Under the pieces are notes generated by a model that had not been told where the DNA came from, did no database searches, and saw nothing but the letters and a program-made list of their open reading frames with translations. Both the position numbers and the translations under genes were made by a program. DNA of 63,864 nt, the filler included, from Deltaproteobacteria bacterium (GTDB lineage Bacteria; Myxococcota; JACRCW01), in the NCBI GenBank assembly GCA_016218805.1. It is 4 parts of 4 records of this genome, joined end to end, with 100 filler letters (N's around TTAATTAATTAA, not from the genome) between each part and the next. Parts side by side here need not be neighbours in the genome. Positions count along the whole stretch, not along the records: positions 1 to 24,880 come from JACRCW010000049.1; 3 more parts are not named here. One strand, given 5' to 3'. Positions 1 through 9,519 of the stretch are shown in pieces; position 1 is the first letter of the stretch; every line of letters starts with the position of its first letter.

Positions 1-1497
1 CAGCGGGGCAGGGGGCGGCGGCGCGGGCGGGCGGGCGGGGGCAATGACCCGGGAGGGCGCGGCGCGCGGCGGCGGTGGCGGCGGTGGCGGGGGGGGACGG
101 CGGGGCGGCGGAGGCAGCACCGGTTCGGCGGGGGGCCGCCCGCGGGAGGCTGCGTGCATCTGCACGGGCCGGCCCTGGTCGGGGTCGGTGAACGCAAACT
201 CCTCCAGGTCCTCGGCCAGGTGCTCGGGGGACGGGTCGCCGGTGGGACCCTCGTGGTCCACCTCGTCCAGCCCCACGGGACCGTCGTCATCACCCGGGGA
301 GGTCACCTCGGGGTCCTGCAGCGCCTGGGAGCGCGGGGACTCGCCGGTGATGTGCGGTTCCGCGTCCTGCTGGATGCCGCTGCGCCCGGCCACCACGCCG
401 GGGAGGTGCCGCAGGTCCACCGCCAGCTCGTCACCGGCCAGGATGGCGCCGCCTTCCAGCACCTTGGACAGCTCCCGCACGTTGCGCGGCCAGGGGTAGG
501 CCAGCACCGCGCGGCACGCGTCCCGCGTGATGGCGTGCGCGCCCCCCGCGCGCTCCAGCAGCGAATCAATGAGCAACCCCAGGTCCTCGCGGCGGTCCCG
601 CAGCGGCGGGATGTGGGCCAGCGTGACGGCCAGCAGCTCATGCAGCGCGGGCGCGAACAGCCGGCGCCGCGCCAGCCCGTCCAGGTCCGCCTCGGTGGAG
701 GACACCGCGCGCAGGTCCACGGAGACGGGCCGCCCACCGCCGGGCGGCAGCAGCCGCCCGCTGCCCAGCGCCTCCAGCACCACCTGCTGGGCCTCCGGCG
801 TCATCAGCTCCACGCGGTGGAGGAACAGCGTGCCGCCGCTGGCCTGGTACAGCGCACCGGCGCGCACGTCCTGGGTGCCCAACAGCTCCGCCACCTGCCG
901 CGCCGGCGGTACCCGTCCAAAGTCCACCGTCACCAGCCGCCCCCCGCGGCCACTCACCTGGTGGATGGCCTTGGCGCAGTACTCCTTGCCCACGCCCTGT
1001 TCGCCCGTGATGAGGATGGGCGTGGGCGTCTTGGCCGTGCGCCCCAGCCCCGCCAGCGTGGCGCACAGCGCCGGGCTCCAGGATCGCATTTCGCCAAAGT
1101 GCGTGGGCTCAATGGGCGGCGTCTCATGCGTGGCCAGCGACAGGTAGACCCAGAAGGTGCGGCCGGTCTCAATGAGGTCACCCGACTCCAGCGGCTCCTC
1201 GTGCACGCGGCGGCTGTTGAGCAGCACGCCGTTGGTGCTGCCCATGTCCACCAGCGTGTGGCGCGCGCCGTCGCGGCGGATGCCCGCGTGCCGCCCGGAC
1301 ATCCACGGGTCCGCCACGCGGATGAGGTCCTCCTCGGCGCGCGCGTCGTACCCGCCCTCCTGGCCGCGGCCCAGCACCAGCATCTTCAGGCGCGCCAGGT
1401 CGAACGGCCCGTCTCCGACCTCGAAGCGGTCACCCGCCCGGCAGATCTGGTAGAGCACCGGGCGACGGGCCTCCGGGTCCGGGCTGGCACGGGTCAT
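1..1497 (-). CDS. FHA domain + sigma54-activator-like AAA+ domain protein with Pro-rich region (3' end runs off the window)
   Basis: Manual translation of the minus strand from ATG 1497 gives FHA motifs LVLGR, DPWMSGRHA and DMGSTNG, then ILITGEQGVGKE (Walker A) and ASGGTLFL. Not in the ORF track because it has no stop in the window. Confidence 0.8.
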   Translation of the reverse strand, partial: MTRASPDPEARRPVLYQICRAGDRFEVGDGPFDLARLKMLVLGRGQEGGYDARAEEDLIRVADPWMSGRHAGIRRDGARHTLVDMGSTNGVLLNSRRVHEEPLESGDLIETGRTFWVYLSLATHETPPIEPTHFGEMRSWSPALCATLAGLGRTAKTPTPILITGEQGVGKEYCAKAIHQVSGRGGRLVTVDFGRVPPARQVAELLGTQDVRAGALYQASGGTLFLHRVELMTPEAQQVVLEALGSGRLLPPGGGRPVSVDLRAVSSTEADLDGLARRRLFAPALHELLAVTLAHIPPLRDRREDLGLLIDSLLERAGGAHAITRDACRAVLAYPWPRNVRELSKVLEGGAILAGDELAVDLRHLPGVVAGRSGIQQDAEPHITGESPRSQALQDPEVTSPGDDDGPVGLDEVDHEGPTGDPSPEHLAEDLEEFAFTDPDQGRPVQMHAASRGRPPAEPVLPPPPRRPPPPPPPPPPRAAPSRVIAPARPPAPPPPAPL

Positions 1498-1561
1498 CGC
1501 GGGAGGCATCCTAGTCGCGCGGCCCGGCTTGGGCCAAAAAGGACCGTGGAGGAGAGCGGGC

Positions 1562-2488
1562 ATGACGCTGGGCGCGGTCACCATCGATCTCGACGGGGCG
1601 GGGCACTACCACGCCATCCACGGCCTGCCGCCGCCGGAGCGGGACATCCTTTTGGCCCGCGCCCTCCCGCGCTTCCTGGACCTGTGTCGCGCCGCCGGGG
1701 TGCGCGCCACGCTGTTCTGCATTGGGAAGGACATGGAGGACCCGGCGGTGGCCACGCTGGTGGCCCAGGCGCATGAGGAGGGCCATGAGATTGCCAGCCA
1801 CAGCTTTGCGCATGACTACCGGATGACCCAGTTCACGCGCGCCGCCATGCGCGCGGACCTGGCCGACGCGCGCGACGCAATTGCCCGCGTCACCGGCGTA
1901 CCGCCCCAAGGCTTCCGCGCCCCCGGCTACAACCTCAACCCCGCGCTGCTGGACGCCGTGGTGGAAGCCGGTCACCGGTATGACTCGTCCGTGTTTCCGT
2001 CCCCGCCGTATTACGTGGCGCGCTCAGTGGCCATCACCGGGTACGCGCTGCAGGGGCGCCCTTCGCGCTCACTGCGGGGTGACCCGCGCCAGTTCACCGC
2101 GCCCCGCCGGCCCTACCGCCCGCGCAAGGGAGACATCTTCCGCCGCGGCGGGACCCCGCTGCCCATCTGGGAACTCCCCATGGCGGTGGCCCTCCCGCTG
2201 GGCCTCCCAATGATCGGGACGTTCCTGGGAGGGGTGTACCCGCCGCACGTCCGCCGTGGGCTGACCTGGCTGCGTACGCACACCGGCGGACCGTTCAACC
2301 TGGAACTGCACGCCATGGACCTTGCCGGCGACGAGGACGGGCTGAGCCCGCGCCTCCCACAGTTCCAGCCGGACCTGCAGGTGCCGCTGGCGGAACGCCT
2401 GGAGGCGCTGCGGGATGTTGTCCACGGGATGCGCGGCCGCCTGGAGGTCCTCCCGCTGCGGGATTGGCTGCCGCGCCTGGAGAGCTGA
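1562..2488 (+). CDS. Polysaccharide deacetylase family protein
   Basis: Motifs TIDLD, ATLF, GHEIASHSFAH, GFRAPGY and YDSS match the NodB/CE4 family. Confidence 0.85.
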   Translation: MTLGAVTIDLDGAGHYHAIHGLPPPERDILLARALPRFLDLCRAAGVRATLFCIGKDMEDPAVATLVAQAHEEGHEIASHSFAHDYRMTQFTRAAMRADLADARDAIARVTGVPPQGFRAPGYNLNPALLDAVVEAGHRYDSSVFPSPPYYVARSVAITGYALQGRPSRSLRGDPRQFTAPRRPYRPRKGDIFRRGGTPLPIWELPMAVALPLGLPMIGTFLGGVYPPHVRRGLTWLRTHTGGPFNLELHAMDLAGDEDGLSPRLPQFQPDLQVPLAERLEALRDVVHGMRGRLEVLPLRDWLPRLES

Positions 2489-2752
2489 CCCGGGGTGCCG
2501 GGACGGGCCGGCAGGAAAGTGGGGTCGGCGCCCGGCAGGGATGCCGGGCCCACCGGTCTCAGCGCAGTCGTCCCAGCATCCCAGTCATCCCTGTCATTCC
2601 TTCATCCCCAACATCCCCGTCGTCACAGCGTCCCAGTCATCCCAGCTCCCCGCTGCGGGATGGGCTTCCGCGCATGGATGGGCTGACCCGGGGTGCCGGG
2701 ACGGGCCGGCAGGAAAATGGGTCGGCGCCCGGCAGGGATGCCGGGCCCACCG
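2484..2752. repeat. ~72-bp direct repeat pair (2484-2555, 2682-2752) flanking a degenerate (GT)CATCCC(A) microrepeat tract
   Basis: GCTGACCCGGGGTGCCGGGACGGGCCGGCAGGAAA...GGGTCGGCGCCCGGCAGGGATGCCGGGCCCACCG occurs twice, almost identically. Confidence 0.9.
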
Positions 2753-2792
2753 CTGGGAGAGCGGTCTTTGACCTGCCAAGCAGCGGTCGGGT

Positions 2793-3494
2793 ATGCGCGC
2801 GGCATCTGTCCCACCGCTGAGGGCCCCCGCCGTGACCACCCGCAAGGCCGCGCCTGACTCCGCCCTGCCGCCCGCCCTGGACGCCGAGCAGGCGCGCAAG
2901 CGGGCCGACAAGGACCACGACCTGGGTCTGGTGAAGAAGGCGCAGGCGGGGGACTACGCGGCGTTTGAAGAGCTGGTGACCCGGCATTCGGGCAAGACCT
3001 ACGCGCTGGCGCTGGGCATGCTGCGCAACGCCAGCGACGCCGAGGAGGTGGTCCAGGACACCTTCCTCAACGTGTTCACCCACCTGTCCACCTTCCGCGG
3101 GGACAGCGCGTTCACCTCGTGGCTGTACCGGGTGGCCGCCAACAATGCGCTCATGAAGCTGCGCAAGCGCCGCCGTGAACCGGTGGACAGCATTGAAACC
3201 ATGCTCCCCTCCTTCCACGAGGACGGGCACCACACCCACATGCCCGGCGTGTGGGCGGCCCGCAGCGCGGACAAGCTGGTGGATGACAAGGAGCTGGCGG
3301 CCATCCTGGAGGGCGCGCTGGGCCGGCTGCCGGAGCAGTACCGCGTGGTGCTGCTGATGCGTGACGTGGATGGCCTGACCAATGAGGAAATCTCAGACGT
3401 GATGGGCCTGTCCATCCCGGCGGTGAAGTCGCGCCTGCACCGGGCCCGCCTGGCCGTGCGCGAGGAGCTGGATCGCAAGTACAAGAAAGACTGA
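2793..3494 (+). CDS. ECF RNA polymerase sigma-70 factor (RpoE-like); start may be GTG 2832
   Basis: Region 2 DAEEVVQDTF...FTSWLYRVAAN and region 4 LPEQYRVVLLMRDVDGL...VKSRLHRAR. Confidence 0.92.
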   Translation: MRAASVPPLRAPAVTTRKAAPDSALPPALDAEQARKRADKDHDLGLVKKAQAGDYAAFEELVTRHSGKTYALALGMLRNASDAEEVVQDTFLNVFTHLSTFRGDSAFTSWLYRVAANNALMKLRKRRREPVDSIETMLPSFHEDGHHTHMPGVWAARSADKLVDDKELAAILEGALGRLPEQYRVVLLMRDVDGLTNEEISDVMGLSIPAVKSRLHRARLAVREELDRKYKKD

Positions 3495-3560
3495 AGGAAG
3501 CTGAACCCGCAGCCGGGCTGCGGCATCACTGTGGGTGGAGACGGCGGAAGGTTCGGGACC

Positions 3561-3797
3561 ATGAAGACCTGCCAGGACACGGCCGAGCTGCTCTCCGACT
3601 ACCTGGAGAACCAACTCCCCAAGGAAGATGCGGATCTGCTCAAGTCCCACATCTCGGACTGCCCGGCGTGTGAGGCGTTCATCAAGAGCTTCCGCGTCGC
3701 TTCAGAGACCACGCGCAAGGTGCTGCTCCGGCAGATTCCCCAGGACTTCAACCACCGCCTGACCAGCTTCCTGCGGGAACGCACCAAGCAAGGCTGA
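3561..3797 (+). CDS. Zinc-binding (zf-HC2/ZAS) anti-sigma factor
   Basis: C...LSDYLE...HISDCPAC (HxxxCxxC), directly downstream of the ECF sigma gene. Confidence 0.88.
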   Translation: MKTCQDTAELLSDYLENQLPKEDADLLKSHISDCPACEAFIKSFRVASETTRKVLLRQIPQDFNHRLTSFLRERTKQG

Positions 3798-3832
3798 CCT
3801 CGGCAGCCCTGCCCGCGGGCAGCCCACGCACC

Positions 3833-4531
3833 ATGGCCCTGTTCGCCCTTGCTGATCCACACCTGTCCCACCGGTCCAACAAGCCAATGGACATGTTTGG
3901 GGACCACTGGGTGGACCACGTGCCGCGCATGGCCCAGGCGTGGGACGCGCTGGTCCGCCCGGAAGACGTGGTGCTGTGCCCGGGGGACATTTCATGGGCG
4001 CTGCGCCTGGACGAGGCCATGGACGACCTGGCCTGGCTGGGACAGCGCCCGGGGACCAAGGTGCTGTGCCGCGGCAACCATGACTACTGGTGGACCTCCA
4101 TCAGCAAGGTCCGCGCGGCCATCCCGGACAGCTGCCGCGCGCTGCAGAACGACGCGGTGGACCTGGGGGAATACGTGGTGTGCGGCAGCCGCCTGTGGGC
4201 CGCGCCGGGCGCGTTGGACTTTGAGCCCAAGGACCAGAAGATCTACGAGCGCGAAGTGGGGCGGCTGAAGTTGAGCCTGGAGGCCGCCCGCAAGGTGGCC
4301 GGCGGGCGCAAGCTGGTGGTCATGGTGCACTACCCGCCGTTCACCGCGCGCGGGCAGCACACGGACTTCAGCCGCCTCATCTGCCAGAGCGGCGCCACGC
4401 TGTGTGTGTACGGCCACCTGCACGGCGCGCGGGCGCATGCCACCGCGGTGGAAGGGGTTGTGGACGGCGTGGCATTCCATCTGGTTGCTTGTGACCGGCT
4501 TGGGTTTGTGCCTAAAGCGCTCGCCCCATGA
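3833..4531 (+). CDS. Metallophosphoesterase (calcineurin-like)
   Basis: Motifs DPH, GDIS, RGNHD, MVHYPP and YGHLH. Confidence 0.9.
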   Translation: MALFALADPHLSHRSNKPMDMFGDHWVDHVPRMAQAWDALVRPEDVVLCPGDISWALRLDEAMDDLAWLGQRPGTKVLCRGNHDYWWTSISKVRAAIPDSCRALQNDAVDLGEYVVCGSRLWAAPGALDFEPKDQKIYEREVGRLKLSLEAARKVAGGRKLVVMVHYPPFTARGQHTDFSRLICQSGATLCVYGHLHGARAHATAVEGVVDGVAFHLVACDRLGFVPKALAP

Positions 4532-5352
4532 CGCGCTTCCTGGCCCCTGTTGCCCTGTTCCTTGCCCTTGGCACGCCCGCTCTCGCCCAGGAGGGTGCCG
4601 CGCTGCCCGGCTCCGAGCCCGCACCCCAGCCGGCGCCGCCGGCCCAGCCCGCCGCGCTGCCGGCGCCCGCGGAGCCCGCCGCGCTGCCCGCCCCGGCGGG
4701 TGCGGGGTCCATTGAGATCACCACGGACCAGCCGGCGGAGGCGGCGGTGGACGGCGCGCGCGCGGGCAAGACGCCGGTGCGCGTGGACGGGCTCAGCCCC
4801 GGTGTCCACCGCGTCACCGTGACCCGCGAAGGCGGCGCGCCCGTGGTGCGGGATGTCACCGTGGTGGACGGCCAGGTGTCACGCGTGGAGATCCTGGTGG
4901 CGGGCGCGGCCCCGGTGAGCGGCGGCGGCAGTGTGGGCGGCGCCGAGCCGACGGCCACGGCACCCCAGGCCTCTGGCGGCAGCAAGTTCAGCATCCCCGG
5001 ACGCGAGTTCTTCTCCACCTTCCTGGAGCAGCCGTGGGCGTGGGCGGCCGTGGCGGTGTGCGGCGTGGCGCTGCTCACCACCGCCGTCCTGTGGACCACC
5101 GCCGGGCCCAAGGACCTTCCGCTGGTGGGGAACTTTGTCAACGTGGACGTGCCCACCCAGGCGTGGTGGGCGCTCAAGATCAGCGCGCTGGTGATTGCCG
5201 CGCTGAGCGGCGGCGCCGCGCTGCTGATGTTTGTGTGGCCGTCCCTGCCGTTTGCCAAGTGGGTGAAGCTGCCGGACCTGTCCAAGATGGTGGGGCTCAA
5301 GAAGGATGACGCCCCCGCGGCGGCGCCGGCGCAGCCCGCGCCGGCCAAGTGA
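4528..5352 (+). CDS. PEGA domain-containing membrane protein
   Basis: Signal peptide, PEGA motif VDG..GKTP..V..LSPGVHRVTV, two C-terminal hydrophobic helices; ATGA overlap with the upstream gene. Confidence 0.75.
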   Translation: MTRFLAPVALFLALGTPALAQEGAALPGSEPAPQPAPPAQPAALPAPAEPAALPAPAGAGSIEITTDQPAEAAVDGARAGKTPVRVDGLSPGVHRVTVTREGGAPVVRDVTVVDGQVSRVEILVAGAAPVSGGGSVGGAEPTATAPQASGGSKFSIPGREFFSTFLEQPWAWAAVAVCGVALLTTAVLWTTAGPKDLPLVGNFVNVDVPTQAWWALKISALVIAALSGGAALLMFVWPSLPFAKWVKLPDLSKMVGLKKDDAPAAAPAQPAPAK

Positions 5353-5364
5353 ACCCCAACCGCC

Positions 5365-5991
5365 TCACGGCGGCGGCGGTCGCGTGTGCGGACCCACGGG
5401 CGGACAGCCCGTCTCTGGCGTGATGCCCGGGCCGGGCGGCAGGTCGTATTCGCCGGGGCTCTGGTACAGCGTGACCGTCACGCTCTCCTCCTGGCCCTTC
5501 TCCAGCGTGCGCGGCGCCATGCAGCCCCGGGCCAGCACCTGCTCCCCCTGGCAGGTGGCCGCGTCCGCACAGCCAAACACGTCAAAGTAGAACTCCTCCC
5601 CCGGCGCCACGTCCGCCTGCAGCCGGAACTCCGGCGTCTCCTTGAGGTCCACCGGGCCGTACACCGTGGGCGTGTCTGTGGCGGTCTCCCGCAACACCAC
5701 CACCACGCCGCGCAACGGCACCACCCCGGGCGCCTTGTCCAGCGTGAGCGTCACGCGCGCCGCCGGCTGGCAGGCGCCCAGCGCCAGCAGCAGCAGCAGC
5801 GGGGCCTGCCCGGGCCCCCGCCCCCCACCCGACTCGGCGCTGCGCGCCTCGTCGACCTCCCCCCGCAAGCGGGGGGAGGCATGCCGCGCGGCCCTCCTGA
5901 GGAACTCCACCACTGACGACAGGGACGGGAGGGCGAGGCTCCTGCCGAGCCCTGGGGCGTGGTGCGCGGTCCGGGGAATCAAGGGCCTCAT
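5365..5991 (-). CDS. Hypothetical (possible lipoprotein)
   Basis: ATG 5991 overlaps the stop of the upstream gene. Contains a lipobox-like LLLLLALGAC and a beta-rich C-terminal half. Start uncertain. Confidence 0.55.
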   Translation of the reverse strand: MRPLIPRTAHHAPGLGRSLALPSLSSVVEFLRRAARHASPRLRGEVDEARSAESGGGRGPGQAPLLLLLALGACQPAARVTLTLDKAPGVVPLRGVVVVLRETATDTPTVYGPVDLKETPEFRLQADVAPGEEFYFDVFGCADAATCQGEQVLARGCMAPRTLEKGQEESVTVTLYQSPGEYDLPPGPGITPETGCPPVGPHTRPPPP

Positions 5992-7334
5992 TGGGTCAGC
6001 GCCGTTCCGTTCACCTTCACGTCCGTGCCGTTGGGGTTGGGAGGGTTGAAGTAGAAGAACGCCACCGCCGCCCCGCCCGCCGCCGAAGCGCCCGCCAACG
6101 CCAACACCACCGCCGCGCCCGCCGGCACCACCGCCAGCAGCCCCAGCGACGCCAGCGCCCACGGGTTGCGACCCTTGCCGCCCGCCTCCTTCTCGTCAGC
6201 GGTGGGCGTGGCGTCCACCGGACGGTCCGCCGCCGGGTCATGCGCGGTGGCGGCTGCGCCCACCCCCGCCCCCAGCAGCTGCCGGCGCGCCCCCGCGTCC
6301 TCCTTGGGCGCGCTGGCGGCGGTCAACTCGCCCACCAGCCGGCCCAGCGTCTCGTCCGCTTCACTGTCCGTGCCCACGCGGACCTCCACCACGCGTGACA
6401 CCGCCCCCTGCGGCGCATCAAACCGCCCCAGCACCACGTGCCGGCCCGGCAGCAACACGCCCGCCAGCACCCCCATGGCGCCCGACCGCTTGCCCACCGC
6501 CACCGCCGCCTTGCGCAGCTGCGCTTCGGGCCGCTTCTCCGTCAGCGCGGCCAGCAGCCGCTCACTGGCTTGGGCCGCCGGGTGGTCCATCTCCACCACC
6601 ACCTTGGGGGACCCGCCCGCCTCCAGGTTCACCTCCACCGTGCGCGCGGCGCCGTCACGCTCCAGGCGGAGGAAGTGCCGCGTCCGCCCCACGCGCTGGC
6701 TCAGCGGCGCCGGCCCGCGCTCCACCCCGTCCAGAAACACCGTGGCCCCCGGCGGCGTGCTTTCCACCGTGAGCGTGATGCCCGCGGCGCCGTCCACTTC
6801 GGTACGCGCGCGCTGCAGCGCTTCCGTCACCGTGGGGGGGAACGCGTTGGGGTCCGGCTGGTGGTCCGGCCAGCGGCTCACCACCGCCAGGTACAACGGC
6901 CGCGCCTTCTTGGGTTGCCCGCTCTTCTCCAACGCCTGCGCCATCAGCAGCAGCCCGTCCGCCATCGTCGTGGAGGAACGGTGGTACGCCACGGTGCGGT
7001 CGTGCTTCTGCAACGCGTCGGTCACCGCCTGGATGCACGCTTTGTGGTCCAGCTCGTCGTACGCGTCGCGCGCCTGCTTGATGAGCTTCTCCACCTCGGC
7101 GTGGTCCCGCCGGGCGTCCTCCGACGACACCGACTTGGCGCCGGGCAGCTCCGCCAGCAGGCCCTCACGCTCCAGGGTGGCCCGCAGCGAACTGGTGAGC
7201 ACCTTGGCCTCCGCGCGGTTGGCACCGTCCCGCGCGGCCAGCCCGGCCACGTAGAAGGACCCCTCCGCGCGCGCGCCCGCCGGGAGCACCAGCGCGCCCC
7301 CCAGCACCCACGCGAACAGCCGGCCACAGCGCAT
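5988..7334 (-). CDS. Secreted/membrane TPR-like + PEGA domain protein
   Basis: Signal peptide, helical repeat region, PEGA motif VESTPPGATVFLDG, C-terminal TM segment. Confidence 0.78.
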   Translation of the reverse strand: MRCGRLFAWVLGGALVLPAGARAEGSFYVAGLAARDGANRAEAKVLTSSLRATLEREGLLAELPGAKSVSSEDARRDHAEVEKLIKQARDAYDELDHKACIQAVTDALQKHDRTVAYHRSSTTMADGLLLMAQALEKSGQPKKARPLYLAVVSRWPDHQPDPNAFPPTVTEALQRARTEVDGAAGITLTVESTPPGATVFLDGVERGPAPLSQRVGRTRHFLRLERDGAARTVEVNLEAGGSPKVVVEMDHPAAQASERLLAALTEKRPEAQLRKAAVAVGKRSGAMGVLAGVLLPGRHVVLGRFDAPQGAVSRVVEVRVGTDSEADETLGRLVGELTAASAPKEDAGARRQLLGAGVGAAATAHDPAADRPVDATPTADEKEAGGKGRNPWALASLGLLAVVPAGAAVVLALAGASAAGGAAVAFFYFNPPNPNGTDVKVNGTALTQ

Positions 7335-7342
7335 CTCCCCCC

Positions 7343-8743
7343 TCAGAACTCCGCGTGCCCCGGCGTGCGCGGGAACGGGATGACGTCCCGGATGTTGGCC
7401 ATCCCCGTGGCGTAGATGATGGTCCGCTCAAACCCCAGCCCAAACCCCGCGTGCGGCACCGTCCCGTAGCGGCGCAGGTCCCGGTACCACCAGTAGGCCT
7501 CCCGGTTGAGTTTCATCTCGTCCATCCGGCGGTCCAGCAGCTCCAGGCGCTCTTCGCGCTGGCTCCCGCCAATGATCTCCCCAATGCCGGGCGCCAGCAC
7601 GTCCATGGCCGCCACCGTCCTCCCGTCGTCGTTCTGGCGCATGTAGAACGCCTTGATGTCGCGCGGGTAGTTCATCACCACCACGGGGCGGCCCACCAGC
7701 TTCTCCGTGAGGTAGCGCTCGTGCTCGCTCTGCAGGTCAATGCCCCAGGACACCGGGAACTCAAACTTCTCCCCGCTGCGTTCCAGCCGCGCCACCGCCT
7801 CCGTGTAGTCCATCCGCTCAAATCTGGACCCCACAAACTTCTCCACCCGGCTGATGCACTCCTTGTCCACGCGGTCGGCAAAGAACTTCATGTCGTCCGG
7901 CTGCTCATTGAGCACCGCGCGGAAGATGTACTTGAGAAAGTCCTCCGCCAGGTCCGCGTTGGCGGCGAGGTCGTTGAAGGCCACCTCCGGCTCAATCATC
8001 CAGAACTCCGCCAGGTGGCGGGAGGTGTTGCTGTTCTCCGCGCGGAAGGTGGGGCCAAACGTGTACACGCGGCTGAGCGCCATGCAGTACGTCTCCACGT
8101 TCAGCTGCCCGCTCACCGTCAGGTAGCTCTCCCGCCCAAAGAAGTCCTGCGCAAAGTCCACCTTCCCGCCCGCCGTCCGCGGTGGGTTCATCGCGTCCAG
8201 CGTGGACACGCGGAACATGGCGCCCGCACCCTCCGCGTCGCTGGCGGTGATGATGGGCGTGTGCACCCAGAAGAAACCGTGCTCATGGAAGTAGCGGTGG
8301 ATGGCCTGCGCCAGGCAGTGCCGCACGCGTGTCACCGCGCCAATGGTGTTGGTCCGCGGCCGCAGGTGCGCCACCTCGCGCAGGTACTCCAGCGTGTGCG
8401 CCTTCTTGGCCATGGGGTAGCTCTCTGGGTCATCCACCCAGCCCACCACCTGCACCGCGGTGGCCTTGATCTCCACGGGCTGTTCGCGCCCGGGTGACGC
8501 CACCACCTCGCCCGTGCAGATGACGGAACACCCGGCCCCCAGCTTGAGGATGTCCGCCTCGTAGTTGGGCAGTTCCTTGGGCGCGACCACCTGGATGGTG
8601 TGGAAGCTGCTGCCGTCATGGACGTGGATGAAGCTGATGCCGGCCTTGCTGTCCCGGCGCGTGCGGACCCAGCCGCGGATGGTGGTGCTGCTGCCAACGG
8701 GGGCCTTCCCCGCGAGGACGTCACGGATGGAGAGCGTGCTCAT
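7343..8743 (-). CDS. asnS: Asparagine--tRNA ligase
   Basis: Motifs [56 protein letters not shown] and GFGLGFER. Confidence 0.97.
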   Translation of the reverse strand: MSTLSIRDVLAGKAPVGSSTTIRGWVRTRRDSKAGISFIHVHDGSSFHTIQVVAPKELPNYEADILKLGAGCSVICTGEVVASPGREQPVEIKATAVQVVGWVDDPESYPMAKKAHTLEYLREVAHLRPRTNTIGAVTRVRHCLAQAIHRYFHEHGFFWVHTPIITASDAEGAGAMFRVSTLDAMNPPRTAGGKVDFAQDFFGRESYLTVSGQLNVETYCMALSRVYTFGPTFRAENSNTSRHLAEFWMIEPEVAFNDLAANADLAEDFLKYIFRAVLNEQPDDMKFFADRVDKECISRVEKFVGSRFERMDYTEAVARLERSGEKFEFPVSWGIDLQSEHERYLTEKLVGRPVVVMNYPRDIKAFYMRQNDDGRTVAAMDVLAPGIGEIIGGSQREERLELLDRRMDEMKLNREAYWWYRDLRRYGTVPHAGFGLGFERTIIYATGMANIRDVIPFPRTPGHAEF

Positions 8744-8832
8744 GGCAGGGGGTATGCGGGGGAGGGCGTCCCGGCGTCAAGACGGGTGGGCCGTGGCGCC
8801 CGGTCGCCTCCCTGTTGTTGCGCGCCACGGAG

Positions 8833-9519
8833 CTAGAGCCCGCCATGAGTCGGGACGGACTCGCGGGCTCCCTTGAGTTCCAGGAGGAACCGGTCGCCCT
8901 GGGAACACAGCGCCACCACGTCCTTCCACCCGTGCGCGAGGCGGTCGAGCGCCGCCTCGTACGCCACTTCGTCCTTGTCGTACCGCGACCCCTTCTTCCT
9001 CACGAGCTTGGGCTTCCTTCCCACCAGGAGAGATGCCGGGTTGGCACGGCATTCGATGCCGCGCGCCTTCTGGTCACCGGGGAACAGGGCGCAGAACACC
9101 CAGGCCTCCGTCGCCTTGGAGGGTACGCACAGGACCAGACGTGGCGGCGCACGGGTGACTCCCAACCAGTCAAGGACCTTCCCTCGCACGCAGTCGCACG
9201 TGCCCGCGGCCGGCGGGCAATCGCCTTCGCACTGGATCTCCCTGTCCGCGGCGATATCCGCGTCGACATGGACGATGAGCAGGTCGCTCAGCTTCAGGGC
9301 CGCGACGAGCCCGGGGGAGTGCGCGAGGTTGAGACACCACCCGCGCACCCCCTTCCAGCCCCCGCCGTACACACCCTGACCCCCAAGAAGGTTGTTGGGC
9401 GCCTGTGGCTGAATCTGCGTGACCACTGCGTCAAGGCCCGCGGCCTTGAGCGCGCTGCGGATGATGACGGTGTCCGTCGGTCCTTCGCAGGCCACCCGGA
9501 CCTGGAGGGCCCTAAACAT
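8833..9519 (-). CDS. TOPRIM-like (DUF4276/RloB-type) protein partnered with an ABC ATPase
   Basis: VACEGPTD and HVDAD (DxD) TOPRIM-like motifs plus TEAW; ATG 9519 overlaps the ATPase stop. Confidence 0.62.
   Translation of the reverse strand: MFRALQVRVACEGPTDTVIIRSALKAAGLDAVVTQIQPQAPNNLLGGQGVYGGGWKGVRGWCLNLAHSPGLVAALKLSDLLIVHVDADIAADREIQCEGDCPPAAGTCDCVRGKVLDWLGVTRAPPRLVLCVPSKATEAWVFCALFPGDQKARGIECRANPASLLVGRKPKLVRKKGSRYDKDEVAYEAALDRLAHGWKDVVALCSQGDRFLLELKGARESVPTHGGL

Noticed and set aside
154..1776. 540-aa plus-strand ORF
   Set aside because: Antisense shadow of the FHA-AAA+ gene.
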